Shown: in pieces, positions 34,590 to 45,191 of the stretch
How positions within the stretch are numbered: the stretch's first letter is position 1
Layout: every line of letters begins with the position of its first letter
Origin: an uncultured Candidatus Saccharibacteria bacterium
GTDB lineage: Bacteria > Patescibacteriota > Minisyncoccia > UBA6257 > 2-01-FULL-56-20
Assembly (NCBI GenBank): GCA_964645125.1
Contig: CAZXZC010000001.1
Coordinates: 1 to 55,978, forward strand
DNA length: 55,978 bases
Reading direction: 5' to 3'
Notes under the pieces: model-generated
Told to the model about the DNA's origin: nothing
Databases searched by the model: none
Seen by the model: the letters and a program-made list of their open reading frames with translations, nothing else
Program-made: the position numbers and the translations under genes

Positions 34590-35438
34590 CTAGCGCGCCT
34601 GCTGGCTGGTTTTGGCCGTAAACAGCTTTTTTTTCAATATCGAGAACATGTCGTAGGTTTTTTTTCGAATCCATGCGGGGAAATATGTATAGATGAGATA
34701 GCCATATGCATAGATCAGGCCTTTCAAGTATCCAGGGTATTGTCTTTTGTAGCTATTTACAATACGAACTGCACAGCGAGCATTACTACGCTGGTTATTG
34801 AATGATGCACTCCCTGCATGGAGCCGGTATCCGGTAAAATACTGCGGGAAGTTATAGAATTTCCCTTGAGTGCCTAATCGTAGCCAGTACTCCCAATCAG
34901 CAAAATTCGCGAGTGTTTCATCGTAGAGCTGCGCATCTTTTCCTGTGTGGCGTCGAAACAGTGATGTGGAATTAACAATGGGGTTTGCAAACAGTGCAAT
35001 TTGATGAATCTGCTCATCTGACTCTGCTTTTAGGGCGCGAGACAATTCTTTATTGTCTTTATTTACCATCACAATTCCCCCTCCACAGGCAATGTAATCT
35101 GGGTGAGTATCTAAAAAATGTACCTGTTTTTTTAGTTTGTCTGGGTCAAGCCAATAGTCATCGTCGTCCAAAATAGCAATGTATTCGCCGCGAGCCCGCG
35201 AAAGACCGAAATTTGAGATTGCAGCGATTGAGGGAAGGTGCGGAGAGTAATGATATGCGATTCGCTGATCTTGTGCTTGGTATTTTTTCCCCACCTCAGC
35301 AGTGCCGTCAGATGATCCGTTGTCGGCAATGATTATTTCCCACTCTTGGAAACTTTGCTTTTGCACACTCTCTATTGCTTGGGGTAAAAAATGGGCCCTG
35401 TTCCATGTGGTTATGAGTACTGTTACGCGAGGATTCAT
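34590..35438 (-). CDS. Family 2 glycosyltransferase
   Basis: It has VTVLITTWNRAHFLPQAIESVQKQSFQEWEIIIADNGSSDGT and ILDDDDYW. Confidence 0.9.
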   Translation of the reverse strand: MNPRVTVLITTWNRAHFLPQAIESVQKQSFQEWEIIIADNGSSDGTAEVGKKYQAQDQRIAYHYSPHLPSIAAISNFGLSRARGEYIAILDDDDYWLDPDKLKKQVHFLDTHPDYIACGGGIVMVNKDNKELSRALKAESDEQIHQIALFANPIVNSTSLFRRHTGKDAQLYDETLANFADWEYWLRLGTQGKFYNFPQYFTGYRLHAGSASFNNQRSNARCAVRIVNSYKRQYPGYLKGLIYAYGYLIYTYFPAWIRKKTYDMFSILKKKLFTAKTSQQAR

Positions 35439-35533
35439 GTGCTCAGGATATCAAATAGCTCGCCCCAAAACAATGTAATTCTCTTGATTTTTGTTTATTT
35501 TTTATATAATCTTTACTTATATTAGTCAATAAT

Positions 35534-36865
35534 ATGAACGTTCGCTTACGTGCTCGAGCACTCACAGTATTTATTGGTGATATTGCTATATTCTATGCTA
35601 GTTTATTTGTTGCGCTTTTAATACGCGTGGAGCCAACCCTCTCTACTTCCTTGATAGCATTGCACCTCACCCCTTTTACTCTTATTTTGTTTTTTTGGGT
35701 TCTTATTTTTTACATTTCCGGACTCTATGATGTTCCTCGCATGCGCAATGGCACCGATTTCTTCTCCACCCTTTTCATATCGATTCTAGTAAATGTGTTT
35801 ATTGCGATTGGCTTTTTTTATACGTTCCCGGTTTTTGGTATTGCCCCCAAAACTACATTACTCTTTTTTGTAGTAACTTTTTTTATTTTTGAGGTATTGT
35901 GGCGGCGAGGTTTCAATCGATATATCGCAACACAAAAGGATAAGCTTGGCGTATTACTTCTTGGCAATACCACAACCAGCACTGAAATTCTTCGGCTTAT
36001 AAACTCTCATCCGCATCTTGGGTATGTTTCCGTTGGTCACTTTCCCCATGCTATATCTAGCGAACAACTCCGCGCCTTTTTACAAAACACTGATGGCTTG
36101 GTAGTTACACTCTCTGAAACATTTTCTCACGATAAGACAATTACCTCCATACTCGCCGATGCGGTTGTTTCAGGAATTGAAGTTCATAGCGAAATTCTTT
36201 TTTATGAGGAGTTGGTGCGACAAGTGCCTTTGGCAAATGTGACGCCATCGTGGTTTTTTGATACTCAATTTAGCAAACAGACGTTGTATGATCAGTTTAA
36301 ACGAACCTTTGAGTTGATTGGGGCCGTCCTTCTGCAGATCATCCTCCTCCCCCTTGAACTATGCATTGCGCTTCTTATACGTATTACCTCGCGAGGACCT
36401 GTGTTCTACCGCCAAGCACGGGTTGGTAAACATGGGAATGTATTTCAGATTTATAAATTTCGCAGCATGCGCGTGGACGCAGAAGCCGCGGGGGCACAGT
36501 GGTCGGGTGGAGCCAACGATCCTCGTGTTACGCTTTTTGGGAAATTTTTACGCCACAGTCATCTTGATGAGCTCCCGCAACTTCTGAATATCATTCGCGG
36601 TGAAGTTTCGTTTGTTGGGCCACGCCCAGAGCGCCCAGAAATTATTGCGAAACTTACTCCCGAAATCCCTTTCTACCATATGCGCCATATGGTTACTCCT
36701 GGTATCACCGGGTGGGCTCAAATTAATTTTAAAAAAGACCAGACAATTGACGATGTGAAGCGAAAACTTGAGTACGATTTTTATTACATTAAGCACCGAT
36801 CATTTCTTTTTGATATTGCTATTATCGTGCGAACTGTTAAGTCACTTTTTATCAATCACACATAG
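35534..36865 (+). CDS. Polyprenyl-phosphate glycosyl-1-phosphate transferase (WbaP/bacterial sugar transferase family), the initiating enzyme
   Basis: The 443-aa protein has N-terminal TM helices and a C-terminal catalytic domain with GPVFYRQARVGKHGNVFQIYKFRSM, DELPQLLNIIRGEVSFVGPRPERPE and PGITGWAQI. Confidence 0.92.
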   Translation: MNVRLRARALTVFIGDIAIFYASLFVALLIRVEPTLSTSLIALHLTPFTLILFFWVLIFYISGLYDVPRMRNGTDFFSTLFISILVNVFIAIGFFYTFPVFGIAPKTTLLFFVVTFFIFEVLWRRGFNRYIATQKDKLGVLLLGNTTTSTEILRLINSHPHLGYVSVGHFPHAISSEQLRAFLQNTDGLVVTLSETFSHDKTITSILADAVVSGIEVHSEILFYEELVRQVPLANVTPSWFFDTQFSKQTLYDQFKRTFELIGAVLLQIILLPLELCIALLIRITSRGPVFYRQARVGKHGNVFQIYKFRSMRVDAEAAGAQWSGGANDPRVTLFGKFLRHSHLDELPQLLNIIRGEVSFVGPRPERPEIIAKLTPEIPFYHMRHMVTPGITGWAQINFKKDQTIDDVKRKLEYDFYYIKHRSFLFDIAIIVRTVKSLFINHT

Positions 36866-36867
36866 GC

Positions 36868-38334
36868 ATGTTACGGAAATTATTTACATTTCTCTTTCGC
36901 AACACTTCAACCCGCCAAACAATCGCGAAAAATACCTTTTGGGGATTCGTGGGTCAAATTGGTGGTCGATTATTGCGGTCTGTATTAATTATTTATGGCG
37001 CACGAGTGTTGGGCGCACAGCAGTGGGGAGCGTTTTCATATGCGATTACCCTCATTGCGTTTTTGACTATCTTTGTGGATATTGGCATCAATACCATACT
37101 CACAAAAGAAACAGCGCGTAACAAAGTTACTACTCGTGATTTTCAATCTCTTCTTTCTACGTTGTTTCTTATGAAGCTCTTTCTTTTGGGGATTGGGGTG
37201 TTTTTTGTTCTTTCTGTCGCTCCACACATATCAAAAATTACTGAGGCAAATGCACTGTTCCCACTCTTTGCCCTTATTCTTATTTTTGACACCTTGCGTG
37301 AATTTGGGTTTTCTCTGATGCGCGCACGGGAAATTCGTGAAGTTGAAGCAGGGCTCTTTATGCTTACCAATTTAGCAGTAGTTGTGTTTGGATTTTTATT
37401 CCTTTTTATAAAACCAACTGTTTTGTTTTTTACATACGGCTATGTCATAGGTACGGCAATTGGGTGTCTTGCGACCGCAATTGCGATGCGTCGTGAGCTT
37501 GGATACTTATTTTCTTTTTTTAAGTTTTCGCAAATATACCCAATACTTTCGGCGGCGTGGCCATTTGCCGCGTCTAGCGTTCTGGGGATCTTTATGTTAA
37601 ACGCCGATATTCTTATTTTGGGTTGGTTTCGCAATGCCACGGAAGTTGGGTACTACTCGGCGGGTAATAGAATTGTGCAGTTATTCTATCTTCTCCCTAG
37701 TATCTTGACGGTGAGCGCACTGCCCGCATTGGCTCGGTTTGCGGTTTCTGATACTAAAAAAATGCGCATCCTTTTAGAACAGATTTTATCATTCCTTTTT
37801 TTAATAGCTATCCCCCTTGGAATTGGTGGGGCACTTCTTGGAAAAGAAATAATAGTGCTGATTTTTGGAACAGAATATGCACCAGCCTCCCTATCATTTC
37901 GTGTTTTAATGCTTACCTTAATTATTGATTTTTGCGCCCTGACTCTTTCTAATGCGATATTTTCCTTTGACCAACAACAAAAACTTATTATCAATACTGC
38001 CCTTGGAGCATCGATTAATGTGCTTGGTGATATTATTCTGATACCTCGTTTTGGGATGAATGGGTCCGCCTTTGCTACGCTTGCCGCACAATTGGTTAGT
38101 ATGACTTACTTATGGCATGCAACCTACCGATTGCTCCCCTTTTCGATTCTCCCTAAATTACGAGGCGTTCTGATTGCCACGGTCGGCATGGCACTTCTTG
38201 TTTTGTTGCTACAAATACTTCATGCATCTGTGGTGATCTCCATTATTGCTGGAGGTGCTTGCTATCTCCTGCTTTTGTACGTACAGAAAGATGCTACTCT
38301 CAAAGAAATTAAACATATCTTTTATCGCGCATAA
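36868..38334 (+). CDS. wzx: Wzx-type polysaccharide flippase (MOP superfamily)
   Basis: The 488-aa protein has about 12-14 TM helices. The N-terminus (NTFWGFVGQIGGRLLRSVLIIYGARVLG) is typical of the polysaccharide biosynthesis protein family. Confidence 0.85.
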   Translation: MLRKLFTFLFRNTSTRQTIAKNTFWGFVGQIGGRLLRSVLIIYGARVLGAQQWGAFSYAITLIAFLTIFVDIGINTILTKETARNKVTTRDFQSLLSTLFLMKLFLLGIGVFFVLSVAPHISKITEANALFPLFALILIFDTLREFGFSLMRAREIREVEAGLFMLTNLAVVVFGFLFLFIKPTVLFFTYGYVIGTAIGCLATAIAMRRELGYLFSFFKFSQIYPILSAAWPFAASSVLGIFMLNADILILGWFRNATEVGYYSAGNRIVQLFYLLPSILTVSALPALARFAVSDTKKMRILLEQILSFLFLIAIPLGIGGALLGKEIIVLIFGTEYAPASLSFRVLMLTLIIDFCALTLSNAIFSFDQQQKLIINTALGASINVLGDIILIPRFGMNGSAFATLAAQLVSMTYLWHATYRLLPFSILPKLRGVLIATVGMALLVLLLQILHASVVISIIAGGACYLLLLYVQKDATLKEIKHIFYRA

Positions 38335-38370
38335 CGTGGGCTCCATGCTCTTTCTATTACAAAAAAAGAA

Positions 38371-39366
38371 TTACTGAGCTACTCCTAATCGAGTAGCACG
38401 AACATAGTAGTATACTCTGCGCAACACACCCTTCAGTATCCTTCCAGGAATTACTAATATGAACAGTAGCAGTAGTCCTTTTAATATTCTTTCCAGGCTC
38501 TTTTGCGGTTTCCACTGCTGCATATGATTATACGCGTCTTGAGTGCGGCCATTCAGTAGATATGCGAATAGTAATTTCTTCTTGGCGCGCGCAATAATTG
38601 CTTCGATATTATATTTTTCTTTTTCTTCTGTGGTCATGTGTTGGGCGTACCGTTCAATTACTTGTAATCCGACTTCTTTCATTTTCGGTTGATTTGATAG
38701 TCCTTGGATATTTCCCTCTTTTCGCATCCGCAATAATGCGAGGGTTTTTGGTAAAAATTCAATACGTAATCCTGCCCTGGCAATACGCAACCAAAACTCA
38801 TAATCTTCAGCGTATTGACGCATTACCTCATCAAAGTATCCTAGTGTTTCAAATACTTCTTTTTTTATAAGAACAGTGACGGGGGCGATAAACGACCCTT
38901 CGAGTAGTCGAGCAAATACCTCTTCTCCTGAATAATAGGTGTACCTCATTTTCATTTTTTGCTCAGGTTGGCCATCCCAAAAATGGTACAGATCACAATA
39001 ACAAAGCGCGCAGCTCGGGTGATGCTGCATATAGACAACTTGTTCTTTTATTTTTTCAGGAAGAAATATATCGTCGGCATCCAATAATGCAATATATTCC
39101 CCCTTTGCTGCACGTATTCCTGTGTTGCGGGCGCCTGATAATCCTTTATTTCCTTGCACAATATAGTGAACCTTTGGGTTCTTTCTATATGGGGCAATAA
39201 TTGATTCGGTATCGTCAGTGGACCCATCGTTTACGACAATAATTTCTATATTTTGATATGTCTGCGTCAGAGCAGAATCTATCGCCTGCGCAAGATACAC
39301 AGCACTGTTATACGTTGGAATAATAATAGAAACGAGCGGGTTTTTATTTTCAGGTAACCTCATCAT
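38371..39366 (-). CDS. Family 2 glycosyltransferase
   Basis: It has VSIIIPTYNSAVYLAQAIDSALTQTYQNIEIIVVNDGSTDDT and LLDADDIF. Confidence 0.9.
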   Translation of the reverse strand: MMRLPENKNPLVSIIIPTYNSAVYLAQAIDSALTQTYQNIEIIVVNDGSTDDTESIIAPYRKNPKVHYIVQGNKGLSGARNTGIRAAKGEYIALLDADDIFLPEKIKEQVVYMQHHPSCALCYCDLYHFWDGQPEQKMKMRYTYYSGEEVFARLLEGSFIAPVTVLIKKEVFETLGYFDEVMRQYAEDYEFWLRIARAGLRIEFLPKTLALLRMRKEGNIQGLSNQPKMKEVGLQVIERYAQHMTTEEKEKYNIEAIIARAKKKLLFAYLLNGRTQDAYNHMQQWKPQKSLERILKGLLLLFILVIPGRILKGVLRRVYYYVRATRLGVAQ

Positions 39367-39400
39367 AATACTTCTACGATATTCCCTTTTTTAAAAAGTA

Positions 39401-40303
39401 TCAATTTTTTTCCATAATGATCCACCCATTTGGCACAAGGCTGTGCGGCAAATCAAAACCAATCCACGCACGCGGCGCAATTATTATCGGCTTCTTGTTT
39501 TGATTGAGCCATCCACCCCACCATGAAAAGGTGCTATTGGCTATAATCATATGCTTACATAATGCCATTAAATGAAGATGGAATGCATTCTTTGGCCCTG
39601 CTGTACGCTGATCAAGAATGGTTACTGGTGCGTTTATATGGATATTTTTTTTACACCACTCACTATCGTCGGAAAAAATAAAAAAGTGAGGGTCTTTTAC
39701 TTGTTCCTGTATATATTTCGTTGCTTTCTCGTAGTATGCGAGATTGGTGTCCCCCACTATTTTTTTCATTTTTTCTGTTGCAACATAATCGCCTCGACGA
39801 ATATGAACACCTACTGCGTTCGCTCGCATTATTTCTTCTTGCACCCGCTGAGCTTCACCAACAATCGGGTCACGAAATTGCAATTGTTTTCGTAGCTCAT
39901 CTGTTGAATCACGAAAATACCATTCGTGTTGCCACCTCCCCCATAGTGTCGTATTTGCCGGAGACTGTACTATACGTTCATCAAATATTTTTTCATTTTT
40001 TTCTATAACTAACTTCGTACTACCAACCATACCTTGAATTGCCGCACACGCAATATCAATACCGAGCCACACTCCTGGTATCGGATAGTGTTTCGATATT
40101 TTTGAAAATACTGTTGTTTTGTATTCTGCAGTAAATACATCGAGATCGAATGTCCTGTATGTAAATTGGCGCCTTGGAAATGTATCGTTCAAAAATGTAG
40201 TATCGAGCATGAGCTCGGTATTATTTTTTCTCGCTAAATGAAATCCAAGCGCGTACTGGAATAGTTGGTTCCCCAATCCTCCTCTTAAAAATACTTTTAT
40301 CAT
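39401..40303 (-). CDS. GT11 alpha-1,2-fucosyltransferase
   Basis: The N-terminus MIKVFLRGGLGNQLFQYALGFHLA, then HIRRGDY, and the C-terminal NSTFSWWGGWL are the GT11 signature motifs. The start is set at ATG 40303, forming an ATGA overlap with the stop of the GT9 gene. Confidence 0.85.
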   Translation of the reverse strand: MIKVFLRGGLGNQLFQYALGFHLARKNNTELMLDTTFLNDTFPRRQFTYRTFDLDVFTAEYKTTVFSKISKHYPIPGVWLGIDIACAAIQGMVGSTKLVIEKNEKIFDERIVQSPANTTLWGRWQHEWYFRDSTDELRKQLQFRDPIVGEAQRVQEEIMRANAVGVHIRRGDYVATEKMKKIVGDTNLAYYEKATKYIQEQVKDPHFFIFSDDSEWCKKNIHINAPVTILDQRTAGPKNAFHLHLMALCKHMIIANSTFSWWGGWLNQNKKPIIIAPRAWIGFDLPHSLVPNGWIIMEKN

Positions 40304-41577
40304 TGTGCTGTTGGTGTGTGTGTTGTATTGCAGGGTTCGGGTGGTATGCAAAAAGTATAGGTTCTTGCTGGTACTTTAATCTGTTCAAACAATTCTTTTG
40401 CCTTTTCTATTACCGCACTCTCAGAAACGCAATCGATGCATGGTGATGAAACATTCTTTTGTATCGCCTCTATACCGCATCGCCAATTATCCAAATAACA
40501 TGGCGTTTTTTGGTATACCCATTGCTGTAATACCACATCGCCATGCCCGCAAAACATTCCGAATTGCCCTCCCCCAACAATACAGATCGCTGGCGTTTCC
40601 GTGGCAATTGCAATGTGTGAGGTGCCAGTGTCATTTGTTACTACCATGGAGGCATTCCTGATTACTTCCACTAATTCTGACATGGAAGTTTTTCCGGCGT
40701 ACGATACCGCAGTACCCCCAATGTGTTGTTTGAGAATGCTTGCCAAACCCTCTTCGGCTCGAGAACCGACAAGAACGACATCGTATCCCATAGCTACACA
40801 AAGCCTCCCGACCGCGCTAAACCTTTTTAATGGCCACCTCTTGTACCCAACACTTGCCCCAGGGTTTATAACTACATATTTATTTGTGGGAAATTTTACA
40901 TGACTTGTGGCGGCTTTTTTTATATCCGGGGTATATTCGGGCATCACCCGCCCAACACTTTCTTCAAATATTTTTTTGTAATGATACAGGCAGTGTGGCA
41001 ACTCACTCTTTTTTTTATACGCTTCTATATTTTTATCTATAGCGGATATGAGTTTGTCGTATTTGGGAAGTATATGACGATCGATAAAGGCAATATTTCT
41101 TTTTTGCTGACCGTTAAATGGGGTAACCCGTTCGAACTCCATTCCCTCGTATCCAACCGTCCGGGCAGCACCAGAGGTTATGGTGATCATTTTTCCAACA
41201 ATCTCACTGGCGGTAAAATCATTGTTAATAAACATTTCATATCCAGCCTTTCGAATGGCGTATACTACCGAGGCACTATACAGCGGGTTTTTGAGAAATT
41301 TTTTATACTCAATCTGAATAACGTCATCAACCCACTCATTTGCTTTTATGATATCCGCTAATTGAATTTCTTTTTTTATAAAAACTGTTATTTTTTTTGT
41401 TGGATACACACCTCGATATTGTTTTAACACTCCAAACCACAACACCACATCGCCAATTGCTTCTAAATTCAAAACCGCAATTCCTTCTTTTTTTTGTGCG
41501 CCCGGAATACACCAAGCCAACATTCTCATCCAGCCATACAGCATTTTTGTTTTCCAAAGATACTTCAGGTAGTTCAT
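40300..41577 (-). CDS. GT9-family glycosyltransferase (heptosyltransferase-like)
   Basis: The segments VVINPGASVGYKRWPLKRFSAVGRL....GYDVVLVGSRAE......AGKTSMSELVEVIRNASMVVTNDTGTSHIAIATETPAICIVGG match the GT9 C-terminal domain pattern. Confidence 0.8.
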   Translation of the reverse strand: MNYLKYLWKTKMLYGWMRMLAWCIPGAQKKEGIAVLNLEAIGDVVLWFGVLKQYRGVYPTKKITVFIKKEIQLADIIKANEWVDDVIQIEYKKFLKNPLYSASVVYAIRKAGYEMFINNDFTASEIVGKMITITSGAARTVGYEGMEFERVTPFNGQQKRNIAFIDRHILPKYDKLISAIDKNIEAYKKKSELPHCLYHYKKIFEESVGRVMPEYTPDIKKAATSHVKFPTNKYVVINPGASVGYKRWPLKRFSAVGRLCVAMGYDVVLVGSRAEEGLASILKQHIGGTAVSYAGKTSMSELVEVIRNASMVVTNDTGTSHIAIATETPAICIVGGGQFGMFCGHGDVVLQQWVYQKTPCYLDNWRCGIEAIQKNVSSPCIDCVSESAVIEKAKELFEQIKVPARTYTFCIPPEPCNTTHTPTAQ

Positions 41578-42545
41578 TGGCGTGTTTTTTTTAACAACTG
41601 ATCTTTTTGTATCGCTGTTGTGCCCCCAATCCCCACAACAACACCAGCCGCACTATTTGCAATCATTGCAGCCGTTTGCAGATCTGATCCCGCAGCAAGC
41701 GCCAGTGCCACAACGGCTACAACCGTATCTCCTGCCCCCGTGACATCAAAAACACTTGAGGCGTTCGTTGGAATATGGGTCAAGGAGCCAGTATCTTTTC
41801 TTACAATGGTCATTCCTTTGTTTGATCGCTTTAATACCACAGAACTTCTAAATCTCGCGGAAAGTTCCCGAGCGGCTTTTTCGGCATAGGAGTCATCTTC
41901 AACCCCATATCCAGTCAATTCAAAGGCTTCTTTTTGATTTGGAAACACCGCATATACATCTTTAAATAATTTCGCATTTTTTGGTTTAAAATCAGCCAAT
42001 ATTTTTTTGTTGAAGATTTTTTTTATTTCTTTCATCACGCGCTCGCTTATCATTCCTTTTGCATAATCAGAAATGACAACAACATCGGCGTCTTTGTGCT
42101 TTTGTATCTGCTCCACTATCTTTTCTCTGTATGGAGACAGCACCTCGTGTGTATGCTCCGTATCTATGCGCGCAATCTGTTGCTGGCCAACTACAATTCT
42201 TGTTTTTGTAGTTGTTGGTCTACTGGTATCGCATACCAGCTCATGCATGACGCCAATCTTATCACATAAATTTTTTATTATATCTCCCTCCGGATCGTGT
42301 CCAACTATACCGCACAAAACTGCTACACCTCCTAATGAGGCGATATTTGAAGCAACATTCGCGGCACCCCCCAATATATCACGATTGTTTTGTTTTTTTA
42401 TTACTGGAATCGGTGCTTCCGGGGATATTCGATCTGAGGTGCCAAGCAGATATCGATCAAGCATCACATCTCCTATTATCAAAATTTTTCTTCCCTGAAA
42501 GCCCTTTATAATTTCTGCAAAATTTTTCTTCCTTGACGTGGTCAT
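41574..42545 (-). CDS. hldA: D-glycero-beta-D-manno-heptose-7-phosphate kinase (RfaE domain I / HldA type, PfkB family); no adenylyltransferase domain
   Basis: The 323-aa protein has ILIIGDVMLDRYLLGTSDRISPEAPIPV and DVTGAGDTVVA. It ends after the kinase domain. Confidence 0.85.
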   Translation of the reverse strand: MTTSRKKNFAEIIKGFQGRKILIIGDVMLDRYLLGTSDRISPEAPIPVIKKQNNRDILGGAANVASNIASLGGVAVLCGIVGHDPEGDIIKNLCDKIGVMHELVCDTSRPTTTKTRIVVGQQQIARIDTEHTHEVLSPYREKIVEQIQKHKDADVVVISDYAKGMISERVMKEIKKIFNKKILADFKPKNAKLFKDVYAVFPNQKEAFELTGYGVEDDSYAEKAARELSARFRSSVVLKRSNKGMTIVRKDTGSLTHIPTNASSVFDVTGAGDTVVAVVALALAAGSDLQTAAMIANSAAGVVVGIGGTTAIQKDQLLKKTRQ

Positions 42546-42572
42546 ATACGCTCGTTCAATATTTGTTTTTTA

Positions 42573-43133
42573 TTATTTTTCATCAATATATTCACACCAC
42601 GCATGATATATTATTTCGTGAACTTCTTGAATTCGTGCGGTTTCAATGCTCGGCACAGCAATACATACGTCTATATTGTTTTTTTCTTCCATTCCTTTTT
42701 TGCCGGTTAATAAAATCGTTTTCATTTTATTTTTTTTTGCACTCGCAAGTGCGGCTCGTATATTAGGGGACGATCCGCTTGTTGAGATCGCCACCACCAC
42801 ATCATCAAACTTCCCCAAGCCTTCGAGCTGCCGCGCGAATATCTGCTCAAAACCATAGTCATTGCCAATGGCGGTAAGCGCTGAAGTATCCGTCGTTAAT
42901 GCTATAGCGGCAAGCGGTTTTCGTTCAATGCGATATCGTCCAGTCAGCTCTGCGGAAAAATGCTGAGCGTCGGCTGCGGAGCCACCATTTCCACACACAA
43001 ATACGGTTTTGCCACCTTCAACCGCTGCTCGAATAAGGTCAGCAGCCTTCTGGATGGGCTCTGCGAGCGTTTCGCTTGCTTGAATAGCAACTTGTATATG
43101 GCGCGCAAATGCTTCGCGGATACTACCTTGCAT
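42573..43133 (-). CDS. gmhA: Phosphoheptose isomerase (SIS domain)
   Basis: The 186-aa protein has VFVCGNGGSAADAQHFSAELTGRY and ISTSGSSPN. Confidence 0.92.
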   Translation of the reverse strand: MQGSIREAFARHIQVAIQASETLAEPIQKAADLIRAAVEGGKTVFVCGNGGSAADAQHFSAELTGRYRIERKPLAAIALTTDTSALTAIGNDYGFEQIFARQLEGLGKFDDVVVAISTSGSSPNIRAALASAKKNKMKTILLTGKKGMEEKNNIDVCIAVPSIETARIQEVHEIIYHAWCEYIDEK

Positions 43134-43182
43134 GGCGTCATTGTATCCTTTTTTAGTGGTATTTCAAAGCGTCCCGCTCCTT

Positions 43183-44136
43183 CTACGAGCGTTTTGCGGT
43201 GGTTGTTTTTATATACCACTCTATCGTGTTTTTTAATCCTGTTTGAAAATCAGTTTTTGCTATAAACCCAAACTCTTGCCGTGCGCGGGTAATATCGAGC
43301 ATTCTACGGGGCTGTCCATCTGGCTTTGTAGTATCCCATACAACCTCTCCTTCATACCCTACTAATTGTTTTATTACTCCCACTAATTCTTTTATAGAAA
43401 TTTCAGAGCCTGAGCCGATGTTTACGGGTTCTGCTTTATCATATTGTATCGCGGCAGCCACAATTGCCTCGGCTGCATCTTCGACATATAAAAACTCACG
43501 CGTGGCACTACCAGTCCCCCATACCTCTACTTTTGTTTTTCCTGTTTGCTTTGCTTCAAATACTTTCTTAATCAGTGCTGGGATAACATGTGAACTTTCC
43601 GGGTTAAAGTTATCGCCTGGTCCGTATAAATTTACTGGTAAAAGATAAATCGCATTAAATCCGTATTGCTGTCGGTATGATTGCGCCTGTACGAGCATCA
43701 TTTTTTTGGCTAACCCATAGGGAGCATTTGTTTCTTCAGGGTATCCATTCCAGATATCATCTTCCCTGAATGGGACGGGGGCAAATTTGGGATAGGCGCA
43801 AATAGTTCCAATCGCCACGAATTTTTGTACATTTGCTTGGCGGGCAGCCTCTATGAGTTGCGCTCCCATAATCAGATTGTCGTAAAACAACTCTCCTGGG
43901 TGCTCGCGATTAAAACCAATACCACCAACCTTCGCGGCCAAGTGAATAACAATATCCTGATTTTTCACTGCGCTTTGACAATTTTCCCATATACGCAAAT
44001 CGCATTCGGCGGCACGTGGAACATATATATTTTCCTTTGTTGCCCCACTTTCTAAAAGCTTTTTTATTATCTGAGTACCCAAAAATCCATTGCCTCCCGT
44101 TACTACTATTTTTTTACTCCGTATATCTATCTGCAT
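43183..44136 (-). CDS. fcl: GDP-L-fucose synthase
   Basis: The 317-aa protein has [18 protein letters not shown] and [23 protein letters not shown]. Confidence 0.92.
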   Translation of the reverse strand: MQIDIRSKKIVVTGGNGFLGTQIIKKLLESGATKENIYVPRAAECDLRIWENCQSAVKNQDIVIHLAAKVGGIGFNREHPGELFYDNLIMGAQLIEAARQANVQKFVAIGTICAYPKFAPVPFREDDIWNGYPEETNAPYGLAKKMMLVQAQSYRQQYGFNAIYLLPVNLYGPGDNFNPESSHVIPALIKKVFEAKQTGKTKVEVWGTGSATREFLYVEDAAEAIVAAAIQYDKAEPVNIGSGSEISIKELVGVIKQLVGYEGEVVWDTTKPDGQPRRMLDITRARQEFGFIAKTDFQTGLKNTIEWYIKTTTAKRS

Positions 44137-44152
44137 CGATAATTGCGCGCGC

Positions 44153-45175
44153 TTATGGAATGTTTATTTTTTGCGCATCACCGTGCAATCCATGCTGTTC
44201 AAGATCGTGCTTTACCATTCGTGAAACCAACCCATCAAGCATAACTTTTGGCTCCCATCCAAGTACGCGCTTTGCCTTTGAGGCGTCGGCAATAAGGTCC
44301 TCTACTTCTGATGGCCGGAAATAGCGTGGGTCAATTTCTACATACTCTTCCCACTTTGAAATACCAATCACCCCAAATGCCTTTTGTAAAAAATCTCGTA
44401 TCGAGTGGGTTTGGCCGGTACCTATTACAAAATCTTGCGGGACATCTTGTTGCAACATTCGCCACATCGCCTCGACATATTCGGGCGCATATCCCCAATC
44501 GCGGCGAGCATCAAGATTTCCTAAGTATAATTTTTTTTCTTTTCCCGCGAGTATTCTTGCAATTCCCTTGGTAATTTTGCGGGTTACAAAGGTTTCTCCT
44601 CGACGCTCTGATTCATGGTTAAAAAGAATTCCATTTACCGCAAACAGCCCGTATGCTTCGCGATAATTTTGAGTAACATAATAGGAAAATACCTTTGCAA
44701 CTCCATACGGACTTCGGGGGTGAAATACTGTTTGTTCATTTTGCGGTGGCGGTGTTGCCCCAAACATTTCAGAGCTTGATGCTTGATAAAATTTAACGTT
44801 TTTTCCAGTATCTTTTTGATAGTCTTTTATTGCTTCTAAAATTCTCAGTGTCCCTAAGCCAGTAATTTCTGCCGTGTACTCTGGTATATCGAAACTTACT
44901 CGTACATGAGACTGTGCACCAAGATTATAAATTTCGTCTGGATGAATTTTATAAAGTAATTTTCGAAATGTGTTGCCATCTGCTAAATCACCAAAATGCA
45001 AAACCAATCTTTGGTTTTGTTCGTGTGGATCTTGATACAGATGATCGATGCGAGTTGTATTGAGTGTTGAGGCACGGCGAATAACCCCGTGAACTTCGTA
45101 CCCCTTCGAAAGTAGGAGTTCGGCCAAATAAGAGCCATCTTGACCGGTTATGCCAGTTATAAGGGCTTTTTTCAT
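44153..45175 (-). CDS. gmd: GDP-mannose 4,6-dehydratase
   Basis: The 340-aa protein has [33 protein letters not shown] and [15 protein letters not shown]. Confidence 0.96.
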   Translation of the reverse strand: MKKALITGITGQDGSYLAELLLSKGYEVHGVIRRASTLNTTRIDHLYQDPHEQNQRLVLHFGDLADGNTFRKLLYKIHPDEIYNLGAQSHVRVSFDIPEYTAEITGLGTLRILEAIKDYQKDTGKNVKFYQASSSEMFGATPPPQNEQTVFHPRSPYGVAKVFSYYVTQNYREAYGLFAVNGILFNHESERRGETFVTRKITKGIARILAGKEKKLYLGNLDARRDWGYAPEYVEAMWRMLQQDVPQDFVIGTGQTHSIRDFLQKAFGVIGISKWEEYVEIDPRYFRPSEVEDLIADASKAKRVLGWEPKVMLDGLVSRMVKHDLEQHGLHGDAQKINIP

Positions 45176-45191
45176 TTCTGTATCTTATACC

